28,563 bases of DNA from a virus (lineage: Duplodnaviria; Caudoviricetes): the IMG/VR virus record IMGVR_UViG_3300046000_006874, positions 1 through 28,563 of that record; one strand, 5' to 3'. Below, piece after piece: positions 9,701-17,304 of this stretch; position 1 is the first letter of the stretch; each line of letters starts with the position of its first letter. The notes beneath the pieces were generated by a model. It saw only the letters and a list, made by a program, of their open reading frames with translations, did not search any database and was not told the DNA's origin. Both the position numbers and the translations under genes were made by a program.

Positions 9701-12700
9701 GAAGCTCAAAAACCAGTCTCCAAAGCCGCCGTGGACGCATACGGCATCACACTCCCAGAAGGCTACGTCGCCGAGGGCGAGCTTTACGTTTACCGGCCTG
9801 AAGGTGGGAAGGTGGAGGAGGCTCCTGCTCCGATGACTCCTGCGTACCTTGAACAGGTAAAGAAGGCCCAAATGCCCAGTATAGAAGAGGCTGAAACAGG
9901 AATCAAAGCACGGTTTGAAGATGCAGCAGGGCGCGCACTTACCGCAGATCAGATTTTTGGTATCGCCGTGGCTATCACCAAAAAGCTACAGGCGAAAGGC
10001 ACTCAGGCTAATATCCAAGACATCCTAGACTCGGCGACACCTGCGCAGATAAAAGCGGAGGTCAAAGAGTTCGGCTACACCAACACCGTCGTTACCAAGG
10101 AGACCAAAGACGCTGCGGCCAAGAACCTCCGCAAGAAGCTTGGAGGCCAGACGAACGTGGGCCTTGACCCAAGCATCCTGAAGGATGCCATCGCCATCGG
10201 TGCGTTCTATATCGAAGGCGGGGCGCGCAGTTTCGCCGAGTTCTCGGCCAAGATGATCGAGGACTTCGGAGCCAACGTCCAGAAATACATCCGTCCAGCC
10301 TACGAAGCCCTGCGCAAACGCACAGACATCGACACGACGGGGATGAGCCCTGAAGAGGGTGGCGAACCAACAATACTACCTGAATATGAAAGTCGAAGAA
10401 AACAGTTCCAGCGTAATGTCCGAGGACCAGAAAGCCTCGCTGATGTCCCAGATTACATACAGACTTTCCTTGGTGAAGTCTTCGGCGTCCCTTCCACACG
10501 TTCCTCGTTTGCCGGGGCAAAGTTCGACGGACAGACACCGTTCTCTGTGCAAACTACTGATCGAGCAGAATTTACGGTCAGGCTTGGCTTGACTCCTCAA
10601 ATACAGAACGCCTTTGAAACGCAGGATCAAGAGGTGTTCGCAGAGTTACTCCTCGACACGGTGACAGAGGAGATGATTCACTTGGCCGATTTCAACGCAC
10701 TTAAAGAAGTATGGGTTTCAGAAGGAAAACCCGGAGACTTTAATAACTGGATAGCTAGTCGCTCAGCTTCTACACTGACAGAACTTCAACACGCCGGATT
10801 TGGTGATCTTGTGCAGTCTGCATGGGCTTTATACGAAGACACTAACCTAGCCAATCTCTCCCAAAAAGAGATAGCCCTTTTGCTTTCCTCAAATCCTTTC
10901 GCGGCACAAGGAGTTGTTTCCAAAGCTGCTCGAATGGCGGTTCAACTGCGCTTGAATGGCGACATCACCGAAACTGGCTGGATGAAAGTGAAGAAAGTCG
11001 TAAATGACTGGCTGGCCGATTTGCTCTCTGGTCTGAAGAAAGCTCTAGCTCGGTCCCGAGACGGGGGAGCCAAAACTCTTTTCCAAGCCAGAATTGACTC
11101 TATTGAGGCGGAGTTTTCTAAGTTTCTAAAAAGCAGTGAACCCGCTCCGAAATCTGAAGAACCGAAAACCCCCACACCAACAAATGAGCCCGCCGCCAAA
11201 ACCAGTCTGGAGGATAACGCTGATAAAGTCCTACCCCGCGAGCCAGTACCAGCAGCCGTACAAGATAAACTTCGTGAGACACCGAGCGAAGCCACAGAAC
11301 CAGCCGTCGTCCCCATCGCCAACGACCCCGTTGACGCACAGCGCGTAGCCCTCGGTCTGCCTCCAATCATGCGGCAGACGCAGGAGGCTTACACCTTCCC
11401 GCAGATGTGGTCTGACGCTGAGGCAGCTATGGCGGCTAACCCCGAGCGCGGCAAAGCTCTGGTCACAGAACTCAATGACAAGCCTCGCACCATCAGTGCT
11501 CTCGAAGATGCCATCCTGCTGCGTGAGCGCGTGAACCGAGTGAATGCTCTCGACCTAGCCATGGTCGAGTTCAACAAAGCTCCGAAGGGCAACAACGAGA
11601 CTCAGCGCAAAGCGATGGACACAGCCATCACATCCCTCACGGAACTGGATGAAGCTCTCAATGTGGCTGGCACTGAGCAGGGTCGTTCTCTGAATGCTCG
11701 CAAGATGCTGGCTCGACTGGACTACTCCCTGCCGAAGATGCTCACCACCCTGCGGGCTGCCAATGACGGTAATCTGTCCGAGGCTGACGTGGCAATGGTG
11801 ACTCGTCTTCAAAAACAACTTGAGGCTGCTCAGAAGAAGATTGTGGAAGCTGAGTCAGGACAAGCGGCTCGCCTCGCTGAAGCCGAAAAAGTAGCTTTTG
11901 AAGCTGGTCGTCAGGAAGTTCTGAAGGACATCCAAGATCGCGCCAAGGTCGAAGCTGAAAAGATCGCCGAGATGCAGAAGCGTCGTTCGGAGTATCAGGC
12001 AGCGAAGAAAGAAGCCGCGACGAAGCCGAACAAATGGGCAGAGATTCGCGAAGCTGCCAGAGCCCGAAATGCGGAACTGCGCAGCAATCTCTACAGCGAC
12101 GTGGTTCTCGTCAAAGCCGCGTCAATGGCGGTCAACGATGTCATCATTGGGGCCACCTATATCGCTGAAGGCGTCACCAAACTCGCTGACTGGGTCACGT
12201 CGATGCGAGGAGAAGGCTATAACCTTCCTGACGAGGAGATGGAGCAACTCTTCAACGAGTCCAAGGCATTCGATGCTGGGGAAGAGTTGCCCTCTGCCGA
12301 TACTCCGCTCAAGACGAATAAAGCAAAAGCTCCTGTGATCGAGCGTGTCCAGTCCATCGCAGCAGATGGTGAAGAACTCGACTCCCGCACGGTTTACAAC
12401 CTCGTCGTCGAGAAGATGAAGGCTCGGGCTGAGGCCAGTCAGGGAGCCAAGCTGCCAGAGATGAGCGAAGCGGACCTGACCAGCGTCATCCGCGAAGTCA
12501 CTGCCGACGTTCAAGCTTACTTCCCAGACATCACCGAGCGTGAAATCCGTGACCTGTTCTCAGGTTATGGAAAGATCCTGATGCCGTCGCAGGACGAACT
12601 GTCCAAGCAGGTTCGGCAACTGAGCGCCCTCGGCAAACTCGCTTCCGCAATCGAGGATGCCAAAGCGCAGATTGCTCCCCTGAAGTCCGGCCCACAACGC

Positions 12701-14992
12701 GACAAAGCCACCCAGGCGATCCGTCTCCAGCAAAAGAAACTTGCCCGAGAATTGCGCATGAGTGGTGTGGAGTATGCTGCGGATGAAGGTCAGCTTCGCT
12801 CTCCACTCGACGCCATCAAAGCGCGTCTCAACAACCAGATCAACGATCTGGCCTTGGAGATCAACACGCGGAAGAAAATCCAGCGTCGTCCATCGGTGGA
12901 CTACGACAAGGAGACTGAGTCTCTCGTTTCTCTCCGCGATGACTTGAAGCGCATTTCCGATGAAGTGAACGCTCCTGCGGGTCCGACGCTCGAAGAGACG
13001 GTCGCCGAGGAGATGAAGAAGCTCGACAAGCGCATCGAGGAACTCCGGGGACTCATTTCCGAAGGACAGTTCAAACCAAAAGAGGACAATCTTCTCCACA
13101 CTGCCGAGCTGGATGCAAAGCGTGAAGTCCGTGACGGACTGAACAAGACTTTGCAGAAGATGCGCAAAGAGGCTGCGGACAAGTCGCGGACTCAAGAAGA
13201 CATCGACAAGGAAGCTATCGCCTCCGCACAGGAGTCCATCGCTGAACTGGAGAAGAAGATCGCAGCCAAGGATGTGTCCCGTCCGCAACGTCGCACTCCA
13301 ACTGAGACGGCTGAATACCAAGCCCTGACGGCGCGGAAGAAGAGTCTTCAACAGATTCTGTCCAAGTTGCGCGAGTCCATCGAAGGCAAACGCGGAATGT
13401 CCGACGAGCAGCGTATCAAACTGGCTACCGCAGCTATCGACAAGTCGATGGCGCGTATCCAGGGGATGCTGACATCTGGCAACTACGAAGTGCCGAAGCG
13501 CGTGTCGAAGACTCCCGAGACACCTGAACTGAAGGCGAAGCGTGACGCCCGTGACGCTCTGCGCAAGCAACTGATCGGACTGCGCAAACTGAAGCGTGAC
13601 GCCGCCATCGACCCGATTGCGAAGCAGATCGCCACGGACAAGAAGCGCATCCAGACACGGATGAAGAAGCTAAAGAAGCGCATGGACGACGGCGACTTCA
13701 GCAAGCCCGTCAAAAAGCAGCGTGCGACCGATGACGCACTTCTCAAACTCCAAGTCGAGGAGGAGAAGCTCAAGGAAGAGTGGGCCAAGATCGTGTTCGA
13801 GCGTCAATTGGCTTCGCGTGGTCCGGGGAAGAAGATCCTCGACGCCACGCAGCAGACTCTGAACACAGCCCGCGCCATCCTTACCAGCGTTGACGTGAGC
13901 GCCGTGCTGCGTCAGGGCGGTTTCATTGTGCTCGGCAATCCGCTTCGAGGACTCCGCAATCTCGGACCTATGTTCCGTGCTTTCGGCTCCGACGAGTTTG
14001 CCAAAGGTGAGAAGTTCCGTCTGCAAAACCGTGAGAACTACAAGAACGGACTCTACCAGCAGTCGAAACTGTTCCTCGCGGACACAAGTCAGGTGAACCA
14101 GATGAGCAAGCAGGAGGAAGCGTTTATGACCCGCTGGCTAGAAAAGATTCCCCGTGCTCTCGGTGGGGGGATTCTTCGTGGCTCCCAGCGTTCGTACACG
14201 GTGTTCCTGAACAGGCTGCGGGCTGACTCCTTTGATGCGATGGTGGCGAACCTGAAGAAGGGTTCTGAACCCACGCCACAAGAGGTCAAAGCCGTTGCTG
14301 ACTACATCAACATCGCCACAGGTCGCGGAGACCTCGGGAAGTTCAATCAGGCTGGAACGATGCTGAACACCGTGTTCTTCGCTCCGCGTCTCGTCGCCAG
14401 CCGGTTCCAGATACTCGCAGGCTATCCTTACTTCACAGCTTCAGGTCGCACGAAAGCTCTCGTCCTGCGTGAGTATGCCAAGTTCCTCACAGGGGCAGCT
14501 TTGGTCTATGCTCTGGGAATGCTCGCACAGGATGATGAAGACGAGCCAATCGAAACTGACCCTCGCTCCAGTGACTTCGGGAAAATCCGTTTCGGAGACA
14601 CCCGAGTCGATCCGCTGAGCGGTTTGATTCAAGCCACGGTGCTTCTGTCCAGGCTCGCAACTGGAGAGAAGAAAACGGCTAACGGCAAGATCGTCGCCAT
14701 TCGCGGAGCCGAGGTGCCTTACGGTGCCGACAGCTCGTTTGACGTTCTCGCCAACTTCGGACGCACGAAGCTGAGTCCTATCGTTGGCTCCGCGGTGAAC
14801 GTGTTGGAGGGCAAGAACGTCGTTGGAGAGCCTACCGATGTCACCGAAGAACTGCAACGAATGGTCATCCCCATGTCCTTCACGGAAATGAAGGAGACGT
14901 TCGAGGCTCAAGGCGTTCCTGAAGCAACTGCGTTGACGATTCTCCAGTTGTTCGGTATGGGCGTCCAGACTTACACTCCCGGCAAGAAATGA
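6749..14992 (+). CDS. Giant multidomain (polyvalent-type) internal virion / DNA-ejection protein, 2747 aa, with a ParB/Srx-like domain
   Basis: Gly/Ala-rich hydrophobic N-terminal region (~aa 50-290). ParB/Srx-like motif PISV...DGTYSVIDGHHRLLAA..RG...IPVVV at ~9270-9390. EEMIH zincin-like motif at 10667-10681. Long coiled-coil repeats. C-terminal DPRSSDFGKIRFGDTRVDPLSG...RTKLSP segment of the kind seen in large phage virion proteins. Confidence 0.7.
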   Translation: MPWEIPITIEDTTYPVRFNTEAEPSQTDIDEAVAYIMQQRSAPAQPAPDQPGRLGSFASSVGRGALSVVPGTIGGVGYLTGSDTLTEAADTIEGGINRMLPVNPAYQEDLSMKIGSALGQAGGMLFTGGATGAAGKALALSRGIEAAQAAAKGTRLAQNVLTGTGVLQGTRGGGQAAEQYGMQGGTAYARALLGGAIEGLSERALFGMGTELAPVKKFLGDAAEKGVGGIVKAAGTEAGEEAAAQIGGNVATSVLAPYGVKTPGAFEGVGEAALLGGVAGGALGGVNALMQPSPTIEGEAMIPAEAPSAPVAPEQPETDELGVEAFRQEMVEIAQNPDPIEPLQNAVNKTAEASVAASANLLPATAAIIAAGGLKPAPVQEETPVGAQVAEQPASGVLLPQNTREQTIAQLRQQMRQRLSAEERAAMEEKLAQAEDEGVLADVFSEERKKAAAREDFLRRQQDLETERQRLEDAGILGDIFAEERQRALTREQPQPEPPVAEETAPPVEPIPAVEEAPAAPVAEEDKSDFAELQDLMSRRGQAQNKVKGISFSKKDEARFQELGAKLRRYLIESVDPATDPVVGEDINDQPIRQSAQGTFYTVENGRVRTGPAFKEVPAASIAEEQFPKVEIVVAPEGEAEVSLGMEEPPVEEKLMDVPQTMQFLYGLNLSKTDREKAQKLLEKNEREARKTGKIQGARSFYESDVTAAVEEVLAQKQDSAEFRKRLAAAKANRKFSQELDALVSALEVEEAQLQSIQSERGMFGVQWAERNVRTRATNQKKKIRDLKERIVSLAPSKIALQSQKGPTLPIASLVTIPEDMARAEQDKAENNERWQKSSTSREPISVLERLDGTYSVIDGHHRLLAAKDRGETDIPVVVTKETKLEPLKKTAPAKVEQPAPQRDTSKPEQMTPEEYVEAKKPELEDVAVLEREFNALPKDSNRRPRAERAIRSAREDNKAKEQRWEEDRGMWDRKHRRSIGDATEAQKPVSKAAVDAYGITLPEGYVAEGELYVYRPEGGKVEEAPAPMTPAYLEQVKKAQMPSIEEAETGIKARFEDAAGRALTADQIFGIAVAITKKLQAKGTQANIQDILDSATPAQIKAEVKEFGYTNTVVTKETKDAAAKNLRKKLGGQTNVGLDPSILKDAIAIGAFYIEGGARSFAEFSAKMIEDFGANVQKYIRPAYEALRKRTDIDTTGMSPEEGGEPTILPEYESRRKQFQRNVRGPESLADVPDYIQTFLGEVFGVPSTRSSFAGAKFDGQTPFSVQTTDRAEFTVRLGLTPQIQNAFETQDQEVFAELLLDTVTEEMIHLADFNALKEVWVSEGKPGDFNNWIASRSASTLTELQHAGFGDLVQSAWALYEDTNLANLSQKEIALLLSSNPFAAQGVVSKAARMAVQLRLNGDITETGWMKVKKVVNDWLADLLSGLKKALARSRDGGAKTLFQARIDSIEAEFSKFLKSSEPAPKSEEPKTPTPTNEPAAKTSLEDNADKVLPREPVPAAVQDKLRETPSEATEPAVVPIANDPVDAQRVALGLPPIMRQTQEAYTFPQMWSDAEAAMAANPERGKALVTELNDKPRTISALEDAILLRERVNRVNALDLAMVEFNKAPKGNNETQRKAMDTAITSLTELDEALNVAGTEQGRSLNARKMLARLDYSLPKMLTTLRAANDGNLSEADVAMVTRLQKQLEAAQKKIVEAESGQAARLAEAEKVAFEAGRQEVLKDIQDRAKVEAEKIAEMQKRRSEYQAAKKEAATKPNKWAEIREAARARNAELRSNLYSDVVLVKAASMAVNDVIIGATYIAEGVTKLADWVTSMRGEGYNLPDEEMEQLFNESKAFDAGEELPSADTPLKTNKAKAPVIERVQSIAADGEELDSRTVYNLVVEKMKARAEASQGAKLPEMSEADLTSVIREVTADVQAYFPDITEREIRDLFSGYGKILMPSQDELSKQVRQLSALGKLASAIEDAKAQIAPLKSGPQRDKATQAIRLQQKKLARELRMSGVEYAADEGQLRSPLDAIKARLNNQINDLALEINTRKKIQRRPSVDYDKETESLVSLRDDLKRISDEVNAPAGPTLEETVAEEMKKLDKRIEELRGLISEGQFKPKEDNLLHTAELDAKREVRDGLNKTLQKMRKEAADKSRTQEDIDKEAIASAQESIAELEKKIAAKDVSRPQRRTPTETAEYQALTARKKSLQQILSKLRESIEGKRGMSDEQRIKLATAAIDKSMARIQGMLTSGNYEVPKRVSKTPETPELKAKRDARDALRKQLIGLRKLKRDAAIDPIAKQIATDKKRIQTRMKKLKKRMDDGDFSKPVKKQRATDDALLKLQVEEEKLKEEWAKIVFERQLASRGPGKKILDATQQTLNTARAILTSVDVSAVLRQGGFIVLGNPLRGLRNLGPMFRAFGSDEFAKGEKFRLQNRENYKNGLYQQSKLFLADTSQVNQMSKQEEAFMTRWLEKIPRALGGGILRGSQRSYTVFLNRLRADSFDAMVANLKKGSEPTPQEVKAVADYINIATGRGDLGKFNQAGTMLNTVFFAPRLVASRFQILAGYPYFTASGRTKALVLREYAKFLTGAALVYALGMLAQDDEDEPIETDPRSSDFGKIRFGDTRVDPLSGLIQATVLLSRLATGEKKTANGKIVAIRGAEVPYGADSSFDVLANFGRTKLSPIVGSAVNVLEGKNVVGEPTDVTEELQRMVIPMSFTEMKETFEAQGVPEATALTILQLFGMGVQTYTPGKK
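12806..13800 (+). repeat. About five degenerate ~65-72-aa helical repeats within the giant protein
   Basis: Each unit is a helix, a short linker and a second helix starting DKETESLVSLRDDL, HTAELDAKREVRDGL, ETAEYQALTARKKSL, ETPELKAKRDARDAL or TDDALLKLQVEEEKL. Confidence 0.55.
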
Positions 14993-15579
14993 GACACCTT
15001 CTCGACACTAACCGCCCAGTAGCAGGCATGTGGACCTACACGCAGCCTGAGACTGGCGTCACGATCAAGGACATCCACTGGGGAGGCTTCATCAAGCGTA
15101 TCCGGGCTCACAGGCTGGCAAATGACCTCAACCTCCAAGGGGGCTGGGTGGACGAGCTACAGGACACGCTCTGCCGTGAGAACCCGCACCTGCCATGCGA
15201 GGAGATCGGTCATGTGGCTCGCTACTACACGCAGGACGACATCCAGCGGTTCGTCGCCACGATGCTCGAACTCAATGCCTCGAAGGAACTGGTGAGCGAG
15301 GAAGAACAGAAACGCCGGATCGACATCTGCGCTGTCTGCCCCAAGAACACTTCCATCGGTGGGTGCAAATTCTGCTCATGGCTGGCAGAGAAGACCACCT
15401 CGCTGCTCGCTGGTCGTAAAATTCACCGAGTCTCTGAAGTCCACAAACGGTCGTGCGCGGCTTGTGGCTGCGACATTACCTCCAAAACTGCCGTGCCAAT
15501 GACAGTCTTGAAGGCGGTCGATGAGAAGCTCGGAACTACGCCGGACTATGCTCCGGGGTGCTGGATGCTTATGGAGTAA
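14989..15579 (+). CDS. Cys-rich putative Zn-binding protein, 196 aa
   Basis: ATGA-coupled to the giant ORF. The C-terminal half has RRIDICAVC...GCKFC...CAACGC...K...PGCW, reminiscent of DUF6171-like small Zn domains (unverified). Confidence 0.7.
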   Translation: MRHLLDTNRPVAGMWTYTQPETGVTIKDIHWGGFIKRIRAHRLANDLNLQGGWVDELQDTLCRENPHLPCEEIGHVARYYTQDDIQRFVATMLELNASKELVSEEEQKRRIDICAVCPKNTSIGGCKFCSWLAEKTTSLLAGRKIHRVSEVHKRSCAACGCDITSKTAVPMTVLKAVDEKLGTTPDYAPGCWMLME

Positions 15580-15838
15580 TGATCCTGCGGTCCAGTTTCG
15601 CGTGAACTTGGTAGCCATCAGCATTGACGACGACTTTGAAGTGCAGTTTCCCTGGCACGCCGGGAATGTCTTCGAGGCTGTTGAGAGCCGCTTCGATGCC
15701 TCGCGCAGTTTTGTACTCGGTGTCCAGCTCGGCCTTCTTTCGTGCCAGCAGCTTTTGAGCCGGAGTCTTGATCTCGTCGAGGAATGGGTGTGACGCTGCG
15801 AGAGCGTGGGAGGAGTTGGTAGTGGTGGTATCAGACAT
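15569..15838 (-). CDS. Hypothetical protein, 89 aa
   Basis: ATG is 4 nt downstream of the upstream minus-strand stop. It is the last gene of the minus block, and its 3' end overlaps the + strand gene by 11 nt. Confidence 0.6.
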   Translation of the reverse strand: MSDTTTTNSSHALAASHPFLDEIKTPAQKLLARKKAELDTEYKTARGIEAALNSLEDIPGVPGKLHFKVVVNADGYQVHAKLDRRIITP

Positions 15839-15842
15839 GGTG

Positions 15843-16880
15843 TTATTTCGTTGGGAGTTTCCTGATCCATCCCGCAGCGATGATCTCGTAGCCGAGCGTC
15901 GGGAGGATCTTTTTGAGGGTGTCTTTGTCCACTTTGCTCATGTCGGCGACCGCTCCGAGACGAGGCTGATCCATCTTGTTGAGAGCTTCGAGGACACGCT
16001 GTTCTTTGGTAGATGGAACGAGTTTTGGCAGATCACTGACGCGGTGTACCGAGACAACGGTTTTGTCTTTTCCGAAACTAGGATCAAGAACCACAACAGC
16101 CTTTTCAGTAGTCAATCCCTCAGTTCCAATGACCAGTCGATGTAGTGATCCGTCCTTACATCCGTGAACAAGCACGGCCTCGTCGGGGATGGCTCCTCCC
16201 ACGGCTCCACGTTCACCGGCAACTGGTTCGCACAGTATTTCGTCGAACTCACCTCGGGTGTAGTTGCACGTTCTCCAGCGGTCGTAGATGAGCGTAGTGG
16301 AGTGGACGCCTCGCCGGAACATGTGCCAGCGGAGGTATATGTCCCACGGAGAATCAGGGTGCGCAGGTTTCGGAAGACTGAGATCATTGAGCAGTGGAAG
16401 CAGTTCCCGATCCATGTGCATATCCGGTGGGTAGATTGCCACACCGAGAAGCATGTTGTCGCCCTCCTTGGGTGTCAGGTTCCCTTCCGCATCGCGCCAT
16501 GCAGTCGGACGGACGAAGCCGAAATAGGGCTTCTTGGCTTCAGCATAAGCGTTGCTGAGAAACACGTCCCACCCTTCTTTGACGGGACAGGCATCTGGTT
16601 CGAGCCACAGCCACGGCTGATCGTTCCCGATCTCCGCCAGATGGCGGATGGTCCAGATAAACATGCGATCAGGTCCAACCGGCCAGCCGTTCGCAAACTC
16701 GTCTGAGGTGATGGCGACGGTGGCACCGAGCTTGGCGGCTGTCTCTTCAGCCTCTGTTTGTAGCGAAGGAACGGAGACGATGAGAACCGGAGTCTCAACG
16801 ACTCCCAGGCGGGTAATCGCCTGAGTCAGGAGATGAAGGTTGGCGGCGTCAGCGGGTCCGACAGGGATGACGATCAGCAT
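15843..16880 (-). CDS. Divergent GT-A-fold glycosyltransferase-like protein with a C-terminal winged-HTH-like domain, 345 aa
   Basis: The likely start MLIVIPVG at 16880 is 1 nt after the MazG stop. It has an N-terminal beta strand LIVIPV, a DxD-like motif WLWLEPDACP, GVAIYP, PWD and a late LVHGCKD. The C-terminus TKEQRVLEALNKMDQPRLGAVADMSKVDKDTLKKILPTLGY has an HTH-like pattern. Confidence 0.5.
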   Translation of the reverse strand: MLIVIPVGPADAANLHLLTQAITRLGVVETPVLIVSVPSLQTEAEETAAKLGATVAITSDEFANGWPVGPDRMFIWTIRHLAEIGNDQPWLWLEPDACPVKEGWDVFLSNAYAEAKKPYFGFVRPTAWRDAEGNLTPKEGDNMLLGVAIYPPDMHMDRELLPLLNDLSLPKPAHPDSPWDIYLRWHMFRRGVHSTTLIYDRWRTCNYTRGEFDEILCEPVAGERGAVGGAIPDEAVLVHGCKDGSLHRLVIGTEGLTTEKAVVVLDPSFGKDKTVVSVHRVSDLPKLVPSTKEQRVLEALNKMDQPRLGAVADMSKVDKDTLKKILPTLGYEIIAAGWIRKLPTK

Positions 16881-16881
16881 A

Positions 16882-17268
16882 TCAGGCGAGTTTCCCTCCG
16901 TGCATGTGTGGACGACCCACGTTGTATTCGTGCTTCGCTTTGACGCACTCACCGATGCGGATGCCTAGAGCGCGGGCTGTGTCGAAAGCGCGGATGACGA
17001 TGTCAGCCAGCTCTTCTTCAGAGCAGGTCAGCGGGCGAGTTCCTCCGAGGAAGGGGACTACCGCATCTTTGTCGCAGGGGTTGTCGAGAGTTCCGCGACG
17101 AGCAGCCTCCCACAGTTCGCTCACTTCGCCGTGAAGGTTGGCAGTGTAGCGTGCGAGACGTTGAACGTCAGTCTCCGTCTTTCCGGCTTCGTGGAAACCT
17201 TTGCGGACGGCATTTTGATAGACCTGTTCGGACAGGAGGTCGAGTTGATCGTAGTCGATGGAAGGCAT
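16882..17268 (-). CDS. MazG-like nucleoside triphosphate pyrophosphohydrolase, 128 aa
   Basis: The ExxE...ExxD acidic pattern (LHGEVSELWEAAR...EEELADIVIRAFD) and C-terminal K.EYN..RPHMHGGK are typical of phage single-domain MazG-like proteins. Confidence 0.85.
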   Translation of the reverse strand: MPSIDYDQLDLLSEQVYQNAVRKGFHEAGKTETDVQRLARYTANLHGEVSELWEAARRGTLDNPCDKDAVVPFLGGTRPLTCSEEELADIVIRAFDTARALGIRIGECVKAKHEYNVGRPHMHGGKLA

Positions 17269-17276
17269 GGGCTTTC

Positions 17277-17304
17277 AATTTATCGAAATTGCCCCACTTG
17301 TCAA
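17277..17304 (-). promoter_or_regulatory. Sigma70-like promoter TTGACA-N16-TAAATT upstream of the MazG-like gene
   Basis: The minus strand reads TTGACA agtggggcaatttcga TAAATT gaaagccc ATG. The -35 is a perfect consensus and overlaps the TGA of the upstream gene. Confidence 0.6.

Noticed and set aside
9380-10108. Peptide VVTKETK occurs twice in the giant protein (9380-9400 and 10088-10108), suggesting an insertion scar
   Set aside because: The codons differ at most wobble positions and each copy fits its own local domain context, so coincidence cannot be excluded.
12560-13570. 336-aa antisense ORF, plus other long shadow ORFs such as 4658-5371 (-) and 23893-24660 (+)
   Set aside because: They lie fully opposite well-supported genes and have no motifs, as expected from codon bias in GC-rich DNA.
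15541-15556. CCGGA-ctatgc-TCCGG stem near the convergence point
   Set aside because: Only 5 bp, inside coding sequence, with no U-tract.
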